55,822 nt of DNA. It comes from Moraxella sp. GTDB lineage: Bacteria; Pseudomonadota; Gammaproteobacteria; Pseudomonadales; Moraxellaceae. Location: positions 1-55,822 of the forward strand of contig JBHBMT010000106.1 of NCBI GenBank assembly GCA_041773075.1, in the 5' to 3' direction. The notes beneath the pieces are model-generated. The model ran no database searches. It was not told the origin of the DNA and saw nothing but the letters and a program-made list of their open reading frames with translations. The position numbers were made by a program, and so were the translations under genes. Of the stretch, positions 9,706 through 17,532 are shown piece by piece. How positions within the stretch are numbered: position 1 is the first letter of the stretch; every line of letters starts with the position of its first letter.

Positions 9706-10548
9706 TTAGCCCTGAATTTGATAATCAAACCAAAAAAAGGCAATCAACACCACAATGCCCGTCACGATTCTTAAATACGCAAAAATCATAAAGTCTTTTT
9801 TGGATACCCACGCCACCATCAGACGAATACACAATAACGCCACCACAAAAGAAGTCACCGTTCCCACTGCAAGCACCGCCCAATCTGCGCCTGTTTGCAA
9901 GACATCTTTGTGCTTAATCAAATCTAATAATGCCGCACCAACAATCACAGGAATTCCCAAAAAGAAGGAAAATTCAGTGGCTGCCTTACGCGATGTACCC
10001 AGCAGTAGCGCGCCAATAATGGTTGCTCCAGAGCGACTAGTCCCAGGAATTAAAGCAAGGCACTGACACAATCCAATGGACAAAGCCGTCTTAAAATCAA
10101 TATGCTCTGCTTCTTGAGCATGAATGTCTCTTGGATGTTTTTCAGCATAAATAATTAACAACGCCCCCACAATCAGCATGGTCGCCACCACCAGTGGATG
10201 AAACAATGTACTGGTGATAAAATCCGCCAAGGTAAATCCCAATATCATCACAGGTAGGGTTGCTACAATCAGTGCCAAGCCCAATTGACGAGGTTTTTCT
10301 AGTCCTTTTGCTTTGCCTGTGACAAGCCCCATAAAGGCATTCCAAAGTCGCCCCCAATAATCATAAATCACCGCCAAAATAGCGCCAAGCTGAATAAACA
10401 CAATAAACAAATTACGGCGGTCTTTGTCCCAAAACTCCATCATGTCCGCCGATAAAATCAAATATCCCGTACTAGAAATGGGCAAAAATTCGGCAATACC
10501 TTCTACAATGCCCATGATTATTGCCTTTATAATTAATACAATGTCCAC
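9706..10548 (-). CDS. uppP: Undecaprenyl-diphosphate phosphatase
   Basis: GIVEG..EFLPISSTG, PGTSRSGATI, EFSFFL. GTG start at 10548 preceded by GGAGG. Confidence 0.95.
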   Translation of the reverse strand: MDIVLIIKAIIMGIVEGIAEFLPISSTGYLILSADMMEFWDKDRRNLFIVFIQLGAILAVIYDYWGRLWNAFMGLVTGKAKGLEKPRQLGLALIVATLPVMILGFTLADFITSTLFHPLVVATMLIVGALLIIYAEKHPRDIHAQEAEHIDFKTALSIGLCQCLALIPGTSRSGATIIGALLLGTSRKAATEFSFFLGIPVIVGAALLDLIKHKDVLQTGADWAVLAVGTVTSFVVALLCIRLMVAWVSKKDFMIFAYLRIVTGIVVLIAFFWFDYQIQG

Positions 10549-10660
10549 AACACCCTCCCCAAGCATCAAACTTTTGAAACAACTTTAAGAACCTATGAAT
10601 GCACTCATTCATATATTATGTTAAATAAACTTATCTTACCACCCAAACCTTAACATCACC

Positions 10661-11353
10661 TTAAGCCTTGCCTTGCTCTGCCAAAGTTTTCCATGCATTG
10701 TCACGCAAATACACTGGTAGCGCCTGATTGGCAGCAACCGCCTGACCTTGACAAAATTTTATCCACGCAAGTCTTGCAATATCAGCAGCACTAGGGGTTA
10801 ATGTAAGGATGTTTGCCTGTGTTGTTATGAGCGCTGCCCCATCACCCACCACCACATCGGCAGTTATGTTGCTGTTATAGTCTAGCAGACATTCATTGCC
10901 ATAAGGGTTATGCTGCTCTACAATAGGACAAACGCCCTGTTGCGCCACCACAAATTGCCCAAAGTACACCTGCTCTTGACGCGCATCCATCGCTGCGCCA
11001 ATGATAGTACCTTGTGGCAGCTGCTGCGTTTGATAAGCACACTCTGCCAATACCTCAAGACTTGATACACCAACACAGGGCGCGCCTGTTGCCACTGACA
11101 GTGCCTGCACCACAGCTGTATTAATCCGAATGCCGCTAAATGCCCCCGGACCTCTATTAAAGGCAAAGCACTCAATCGCCGAAAAGTCCAAGCCTTGCTT
11201 GGTGAATGCCTTTTCTATCATTGGCAAAATCAGCTCTGTCTGTCCACGCTTGCCTGCGATGGTTTCTTCATATATCAAGCAACCTTCTTGTATGATTGCC
11301 ACAGAACACTGATCAAACACCGTATCAAACGCCATTAATGTAGATTGCGCCAT
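10661..11353 (-). CDS. tsaB: tRNA threonylcarbamoyladenosine biosynthesis protein TsaB
   Basis: RGPGAFSGIRI, MDARQEQVY, ALPVYLRD. Confidence 0.95.
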   Translation of the reverse strand: MAQSTLMAFDTVFDQCSVAIIQEGCLIYEETIAGKRGQTELILPMIEKAFTKQGLDFSAIECFAFNRGPGAFSGIRINTAVVQALSVATGAPCVGVSSLEVLAECAYQTQQLPQGTIIGAAMDARQEQVYFGQFVVAQQGVCPIVEQHNPYGNECLLDYNSNITADVVVGDGAALITTQANILTLTPSAADIARLAWIKFCQGQAVAANQALPVYLRDNAWKTLAEQGKA

Positions 11354-11377
11354 TGAGTTATCCTAATTTAACTTAAC

Positions 11378-11421
11378 ACATCAAAATACTTATACATCAA
11401 AATACTTGTACATCAAAACAC
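11378..11421. repeat. 16-bp tandem repeat (ACATCAAAATACTTRT) x ~2.75 upstream of tsaB
   Basis: Units at 11378, 11394 and 11410 (partial). Confidence 0.85.
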
Positions 11422-11490
11422 CCTCGCAGCAACATAAGTTCAAAACTTGCCATCAATCAAGATCATTGGTCTAAAATAATTGGTCTATTG

Positions 11491-14106
11491 TTAGGCATTT
11501 TTTAGACGCAAGGCATTCATCACCACAAACAAACTTGATAAACTCATACCAATCGCCGCAAGCCAAGGAGGAACATAACCCAATGCTGCAGGCAACAACA
11601 TGGCTGTATTATAAATCAGTGCCCAGCGCAAATTTTGGCGGATAATTTGCCGTGTTTTTTTGGCAATCGCAAGCGCTTTTAGAATAGGCGTCAGCGTCTC
11701 TCCTAGCAAAACCCCATCAGCAAAGACTTGTGCCAAATCACTGGCTTTTGCCATCGCAACCGACACATCCGCTGCCGCTAGCACAGGTGCATCATTGATG
11801 CCATCCCCCACCATCAGCACCTTAGCGCCATCGTGTTGCAACTGCTTGATGTGCGCAACTTTTTGTTCTGGCAATAACCCTGTATAAGCACTCATGCCCA
11901 GTGTTTTTGCCAGCACTTTGGCATTGTCACTTGGGTCGCCTGTTAGCATGATGGGATTAAGATGAGACTCCTTTAATTGGGCAATCACTTCTTTGGTATC
12001 CATACGCAAGCTGTCATTAAAATAAAACCACGCAAGCAAACGAAATCTTGATGCCTCTTTGATAGACAGTGCTACTGCCATATTGGCACCATACTCATCT
12101 TTTTGTGGCGCGGTTATGGAGGTTTCTTCTAGGGCAAATTGACCATGCCCCACCCGAAAAATACGCCCATCAATCTGCGCTTCCACTCCGCCACCTGCAT
12201 GATGTACAACATGGCTTGCAGTGGGTAGATGTAAATGGCTGCTGTGACGCTTTAGGCTTTCGGCAATAGGATGACGAGAGCCTATCTCAAGTGCTGCTGC
12301 ATACGCCAAGCACCGCTCTTCATCAAATGACGGATTCACATCCTCACCATACACCTCAAGCGCCACCAAATTTGCCTGACCTGTGGTTAGCGTTCCTGTT
12401 TTATCAAAGGCAATGTGCGTTATTTGTGCCAAAGTCGCAATGGTATGACCACGCGTCACCAAAAACTCCTTGACCGCCAAGCGATTGGTTGCCACAGTCA
12501 AAGCAATGGGGGTTGCCAAAGATAACGCACAAGGGCACGTTGCTACAAGTACCGCCACTGTCGCCCAAATCGCTTGGCTTGGATCAATCCACCACCACAC
12601 CAAAAACACCACCACCGCCAAAACAAGCACGCGCGCCACAAACCAACGCGCTATACGGTCAGCATCTTGGGCAATTTTTGGCTTTTCGCTCATAGCACGG
12701 TTAATCAGACGGTCAATCAGTGCAATTTGGCTATGTTCATTGTCATTAGTGATTATCATCAGCAAAGGCTGGGCATCATTTTGCGAACCACCAAAAAGCA
12801 CATCACCGCACCGCTTAGCAATCAAATCGCTCTCACCTGTCAATAGGCTTTGTGATACCATTGCTGTTTGGCTCAACAAAATGCCATCGCCAATAATTTC
12901 ACTGCCTGCATCTACGCGTACCACATCCCCTGCTTTGACTCCGTGTACTAAATTTTCTTGGGTTTTTGGGGTGGCAGCATAAAAGACAGATTGCCAACGT
13001 TCAATCAGTGCCAACGTCTCTTTTGATAAACCATCCTCTTTTGACAAGTCGCCCTCTTTTGTTTGCAGCGCCTGTAATAAAGCAGCATCTTCACCTACTT
13101 TTTGTACAACCTTTGGGGTAATCACCACCAGATCCGCTGCCATACCAGAGGCTTTTAGGCGTGCGCTGTGCTCCACATAACGCCCTGCCAGCAAAAAGAA
13201 AATAAACATCGCCACAGAATCAAAATACGTCTCCCCTGTCTGCGTCACTGTGGCATAACTGCTAGCAACAAAAGTAATCATCAGCGCGATGGATACGGGT
13301 ACATCCATATTAATTTGGCGAATGCGTAGCACCGACCATGCCGAAGCAAAAAACGGCAACCCTGCATAAAACACCACAGGCACACTCACCACCATAGACA
13401 CCCAGCGCAAAAACTCTCGGTGCTCATGCGCCATACCAGACACATCACCAAAATAAATCCCCACCGAAAACATCATCGCCTGCATCGCCCCAACAGCTGC
13501 CACCCCTAGACGAATCAGCATCTGTCTGTTTTCACGTTTTAGCATGGCTTCATGTGTATCTTGACGATAAGGGCGCGCCTCATAGCCAATAGCGCCTACC
13601 GCTTTTAGAATTGTTCCAATATCTGTCTGCGCATCATCCCAAGTCACTCGCATACGCTGCTGTGTCAAATTCACCTGACAGCGCCCAACCCCTTGTATTT
13701 TGTTTAAGCGCGACTCAATCAACCAAGTACACGCCGCGCAGCGCAAACCTGCCACAGACAGCTCCGCCACTTGCTGCCCATCTTCACTATAAGTAAACTG
13801 CTCTTTAATCTCATCATGATTATAAACATCTAGCATCAGCTCATCAGGTAGCTGTGCTAGGCGGCTTATTTTTTGGCGGTCAAGATAATATTGTGACAGC
13901 CCTGCCTCTACAATGCTCTGCGCAGCCAGCTGGCAGCCTAAGCAGCACATCTGACGAGCACGCCCAAGCACCTGCGTTTCAAATGGGCGCTTTGGCAACA
14001 CCTCTCCACAATGAAAACAATGTCCATCAGGGGGTAGCACCAAGCCTTGATGGATGGGGTCGCTTGATTGAGGCAAAGAGGTGGGACTGGAAGTGGTATT
14101 GGGCAT
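11491..14106 (-). CDS. Heavy-metal (Cu) translocating P1B-type ATPase, CcoI/FixI-like
   Basis: N-terminal CFHC...CCLGC, HMA CAAC, TGES, CPC, DKTGT, GDGINDAP. Likely ATG at 14106. Confidence 0.92.
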   Translation of the reverse strand: MPNTTSSPTSLPQSSDPIHQGLVLPPDGHCFHCGEVLPKRPFETQVLGRARQMCCLGCQLAAQSIVEAGLSQYYLDRQKISRLAQLPDELMLDVYNHDEIKEQFTYSEDGQQVAELSVAGLRCAACTWLIESRLNKIQGVGRCQVNLTQQRMRVTWDDAQTDIGTILKAVGAIGYEARPYRQDTHEAMLKRENRQMLIRLGVAAVGAMQAMMFSVGIYFGDVSGMAHEHREFLRWVSMVVSVPVVFYAGLPFFASAWSVLRIRQINMDVPVSIALMITFVASSYATVTQTGETYFDSVAMFIFFLLAGRYVEHSARLKASGMAADLVVITPKVVQKVGEDAALLQALQTKEGDLSKEDGLSKETLALIERWQSVFYAATPKTQENLVHGVKAGDVVRVDAGSEIIGDGILLSQTAMVSQSLLTGESDLIAKRCGDVLFGGSQNDAQPLLMIITNDNEHSQIALIDRLINRAMSEKPKIAQDADRIARWFVARVLVLAVVVFLVWWWIDPSQAIWATVAVLVATCPCALSLATPIALTVATNRLAVKEFLVTRGHTIATLAQITHIAFDKTGTLTTGQANLVALEVYGEDVNPSFDEERCLAYAAALEIGSRHPIAESLKRHSSHLHLPTASHVVHHAGGGVEAQIDGRIFRVGHGQFALEETSITAPQKDEYGANMAVALSIKEASRFRLLAWFYFNDSLRMDTKEVIAQLKESHLNPIMLTGDPSDNAKVLAKTLGMSAYTGLLPEQKVAHIKQLQHDGAKVLMVGDGINDAPVLAAADVSVAMAKASDLAQVFADGVLLGETLTPILKALAIAKKTRQIIRQNLRWALIYNTAMLLPAALGYVPPWLAAIGMSLSSLFVVMNALRLKNA

Positions 14107-14150
14107 GGTAGTGTCAGCAAAACATATCAAAAAATACAACAAAATAGCGT

Positions 14151-14159
14151 ATTATAACA
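14151..14159 (-). promoter_or_regulatory. Extended -10 promoter (TGtTATAAT) for the P-type ATPase
   Basis: Minus strand reads TGTTATAAT about 45 nt before the ATG. Confidence 0.55.
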
Positions 14160-14470
14160 TAGCTAGGCGCAACATGGGCGCCGAAGACTTCTTTTATCCG
14201 CCCTGAACCATCCAGACCACTCAAGCCCATCAAACTACAAGCCACCCAGCGCCTTATTCAATCCAACATCATTTGCAACAAAATACGCCTAAATACCCAC
14301 ATTTATTTACAAAAATACATCAGTTTTGTTTTTAATTTCCATTATGATATAAACAGATGTATTCTTTTTACAATAACTTGCAAGTATGAAGACACATCAT
14401 GGGTTGGTACTAAGTTGTTTCGGCTTAGCAGCTTAACTTCACTCAATCATTTCATCTATAGGAGTTGATT

Positions 14471-14893
14471 ATGAAAACTTTCCTATCCGCCATCGCCTTG
14501 ATGGTCACTATGACCACAGCAGCTCATGCCCAAACCATCTTTGAATGCACCACCACCAATGGCAAGGTTCTCAAGCTTAGCGAAACCGCTGATGAAGTCA
14601 GCTACTCATTTGGTAAGCCCAATCGCCCTGAATTGGTCTTTTCTAGCGACATCGTCAGTGCCGTCTATCGCCCTTATCAAGGTGTTGGCAGATATATGAA
14701 CTATGCCGTACAAGTACAGAATAAGAATGCCATATACGAAGTCTTTACTTCTGCTGATAAGCAAAGCGACCAAACCAAATCAGGCGTGCTTGTGATTACT
14801 GGCAAAAAAGAAACAGAAATTCTCTGCCACCCAAATAAAATTCGCATCAATCGCTTGGAGACAATGGAGAGCACAACCAACATCCCCCAATAG
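14471..14893 (+). CDS. Exported hypothetical protein (signal peptide, one Cys pair)
   Basis: GGAG RBS, MKT...AHA|Q signal peptide. IFECTTTNGK...YSFGKP..PEL...GVLV...ILC. Confidence 0.8.
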   Translation: MKTFLSAIALMVTMTTAAHAQTIFECTTTNGKVLKLSETADEVSYSFGKPNRPELVFSSDIVSAVYRPYQGVGRYMNYAVQVQNKNAIYEVFTSADKQSDQTKSGVLVITGKKETEILCHPNKIRINRLETMESTTNIPQ

Positions 14894-14950
14894 GGCTTAC
14901 TAGGTTTTTAGGTGTGTTTTTTTAATAGGTGTGTTTAGGCTATTTGCCAC

Positions 14951-14990
14951 CGATAGACTGGTCATGCTGATGAGATTGACCCGTCTATCG
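14951..14990. other. Imperfect stem-loop between exported-protein genes 1 and 2
   Basis: CGATAGAC-tGGTCA ... TGACCc-GTCTATCG. Confidence 0.65.
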
Positions 14991-15043
14991 CCTAAATTTA
15001 CCATCTAAGTTTATCATCCAAAAAGGCTGGCAGCTTAGCTAAA

Positions 15044-15094
15044 TAACACTCAATTTAAAATGATACTCAATTTAAAATAACACTCAATTTAAAA
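15044..15094. repeat. 17-bp tandem repeat x3 (TRAYACTCAATTTAAAA)
   Basis: Units at 15044, 15061 and 15078. Confidence 0.92.
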
Positions 15095-15135
15095 CATCAG
15101 CACACCCAAATATCAACCCATCAAAGGAATTTATC

Positions 15136-15522
15136 ATGAAAAAATCACTGACGGTTACTTGTTTAGTTGCACTGGCAACCCTTGCCACCCCTGCCTTTGC
15201 CAAGACAGAACTGCCCTTTGTGGGTGATGCTCTGTTTAGCTATGGGGGCAATGCTGCTGAACAACACATCCGCATCAAAAACGATGGTCACACCACCATC
15301 ACAGAGCATACTCGCAGTGGCAGTACGGTGGTGTATGAAGGTGCTTATCAGTCTTATCTGCCCATCACCGAGCATGGCAAAACCGTTGGCTTTTATGCCA
15401 TCAAAGGCAGCCAAATACACGAGCTTGATGCCAACAAACAGCCGCGTACAGACTGTGCCATCAAAGCCAGTGACGACCAGCCATGTGTGAGCGAACTTGA
15501 GCTACTGACACCAGCTGACTGA
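15136..15522 (+). CDS. Exported hypothetical protein (signal peptide, C-terminal Cys pair)
   Basis: AAGGA RBS, MKK...AFA|K signal peptide, LPFVG, DC...PCVSEL. Confidence 0.8.
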   Translation: MKKSLTVTCLVALATLATPAFAKTELPFVGDALFSYGGNAAEQHIRIKNDGHTTITEHTRSGSTVVYEGAYQSYLPITEHGKTVGFYAIKGSQIHELDANKQPRTDCAIKASDDQPCVSELELLTPAD

Positions 15523-15563
15523 CCAAATACTGATAACATAGCTAACAAAACAAAGGAGTGATT

Positions 15564-16166
15564 ATGAAAACAACCCTACTTACTCTATCCGCCCTATCCA
15601 CCTTAGTACTAGGTATGTCTGCCTTTGCCAATCCCAACAATACCGCTTTGCGTCAGATTGAAGGTTGGTCAATGGCAAATTGTGGTAGCCCCAATCCTGC
15701 ACATTGCACAGGCAGTAGTGGCGGTGGCAACAGTAACGGCTATTCCGATGCCCCTGTGGTGGTGGCAGTTTGGGCGTATGATAATGCCAAAGCAAGCAAT
15801 ATGCCCCTATTTTATAAAGTCTATGCCCTAAAAGGTCATGCTTATTTTGGTGAGAAGATGATGGACTATGGGGAAAAACACTGCCGAGAAACCTATGGCG
15901 GCAGATGTCAAGCCATCAGTTATGCCTATGGCTACACATATTATGTCGCTGTTGCTTCTACGCACGACAAAGGAGTGGATAATAGCGTCAGTTCCGTTCA
16001 GTTTGATGAGACTCGCTCAGCCGCCAAAAAATCCGCGCTCAATGCCTGTAAACAAACTGCAATAGAAGAAGGTCTTAATCCCAAAGACTGCAAAATTATT
16101 TATAACCGCAAGCTTGATTCAATAAAATCGGAAGTGCCGAGCAAGACGATTGCCAGCGAACTATAA
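15564..16166 (+). CDS. Exported Cys-rich protein, DUF4189-like
   Basis: AGGAG RBS, AFA|N signal peptide. Repeated A..A...C....C architecture (TRSAAKKSALNACK...DCKII), 6 Cys. Confidence 0.65.
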   Translation: MKTTLLTLSALSTLVLGMSAFANPNNTALRQIEGWSMANCGSPNPAHCTGSSGGGNSNGYSDAPVVVAVWAYDNAKASNMPLFYKVYALKGHAYFGEKMMDYGEKHCRETYGGRCQAISYAYGYTYYVAVASTHDKGVDNSVSSVQFDETRSAAKKSALNACKQTAIEEGLNPKDCKIIYNRKLDSIKSEVPSKTIASEL

Positions 16167-16245
16167 ATAACTAGGGCATATCAGCTTTATGACTACCTAA
16201 AAGCAGTCTGTAGAGCAATATGCACAACATTCAACAAAGCACATC

Positions 16246-16277
16246 AGCGCCACCAATATCAAGAGTTTGGTGGCGCT
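16246..16277. terminator. Stem-loop between the convergent exported cassette and ttcA
   Basis: AGCGCCACCAA-N10-TTGGTGGCGCT perfect 11-bp stem. Confidence 0.7.
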
Positions 16278-16417
16278 CTTCAAACTGGCAGTTTTGCACA
16301 AACAACATGAACGTTGCTACAGCCTACCACAGGCAAATATGGCAACAGCGCCTTAGCGTATAGTCAGCCATCAGCTCAAGCAGTAGTCATTTTCGCTACT
16401 GCTTTGTCTATCAGCTG

Positions 16418-17497
16418 TTATACCAAAGGATTAATCACAAAAATTTTGTTATTTTCTTGCTCTTTGGGTTTGTTGGCACTTGGGTGGAAAGTTTGCACCA
16501 AAGGATTAACGGGCAGACCCATTTTGTGCAGCTCTTCTGTGACACCTGCTTGAATATTATCCCCCTCAAATGGGCGCTCCTCTTCTGTACGCGCTAGCGC
16601 CAAATTTTCAAAATCAAACAAGCGTCTATCGGCAAGCTGACTTGGAGCGACATTTTGCAGCGCCTTAAACATACTTGCCAAGCGTTTTGGATGGGTATTA
16701 TCCCATTCGCGCAACATATCATTAATCATCGCGCGCTGTAGATTTTCTTGACTACCACAGAGATTGCAAGGAATGATGGGGAATTTTTTGTAATTGGCGT
16801 ATTTGATAATGTCTTTTTCGGCAACATACGCAAGGGGGCGAATAAGCACATTTTGCTTATCATCACTTAATAATTTAGGAGGCATGGCTTTTAGACTGCC
16901 GCCATGAAATAAATTCAAAAAAAATGTCGCCAAAATATCATCACGGTGATGACCAAGCGCCACTTTGGTTGCGCCAATCTGCTTAGCAAAGCCATAAAGT
17001 GAGCCACGGCGCAAACGCGAACACGCAGAACAATACGTTTTGCCTTCAGGAACCACTTGTTTGACAATGCTGTAGGTATCTTTTTCTAAAATATAATAAG
17101 GAATGCCTTGTTCAGACAGATAGCGTGGTAACACCTCTTCTGGGAAATTGGGTTGTTTTTGGTCAAGATTAACCGCCACGACCTCAAAATTAATAGGTGC
17201 AATGCGTTTTAAAAACAATAAAATATCAAGCAAAGTAAAGCTGTCTTTACCGCCAGAGATGCAGACCATGACCACATCGCCATCTTCAATCATCTTAAAG
17301 TCACGAATCGCCCAAGACACTTCTTTTCTTAGCTTTTTTTGTAGTTTTTTGAAGCGAGTGGATTTGATACCATCGTCAAATTCGTGGCGCTCATCATCAT
17401 CACTTTCGTGCAACTCATCTAACTGCCCCTCACCAAGTAAGACGCTTGTTAGTTCGGCTTGTTCTTGTGCATCAATGTCATAGCTGTGTGTTGTCAT
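16418..17497 (-). CDS. ttcA: tRNA 2-thiocytidine(32) synthetase
   Basis: SGGKDS PP-loop, [26 protein letters not shown]. Confidence 0.97.
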   Translation of the reverse strand: MTTHSYDIDAQEQAELTSVLLGEGQLDELHESDDDERHEFDDGIKSTRFKKLQKKLRKEVSWAIRDFKMIEDGDVVMVCISGGKDSFTLLDILLFLKRIAPINFEVVAVNLDQKQPNFPEEVLPRYLSEQGIPYYILEKDTYSIVKQVVPEGKTYCSACSRLRRGSLYGFAKQIGATKVALGHHRDDILATFFLNLFHGGSLKAMPPKLLSDDKQNVLIRPLAYVAEKDIIKYANYKKFPIIPCNLCGSQENLQRAMINDMLREWDNTHPKRLASMFKALQNVAPSQLADRRLFDFENLALARTEEERPFEGDNIQAGVTEELHKMGLPVNPLVQTFHPSANKPKEQENNKIFVINPLV

Positions 17498-17532
17498 GGA
17501 TTACCTATTTTTAAATATGTATTTAATATTTA

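Noticed and set aside
14160-14290. GC-richer intergenic patch as a possible ncRNA
   Set aside because: I could not identify a tRNA cloverleaf, riboswitch or other known RNA motif.
15044-15094. Possible mini-CRISPR or plasmid iterons
   Set aside because: The units are contiguous without spacers, and no cas or rep gene is nearby.
14894-16300. Integron cassette array (attC sites) around the exported-protein genes
   Set aside because: There is no integrase, and the hairpins lack recognisable RYYYAAC/GTTRRRY boundaries.
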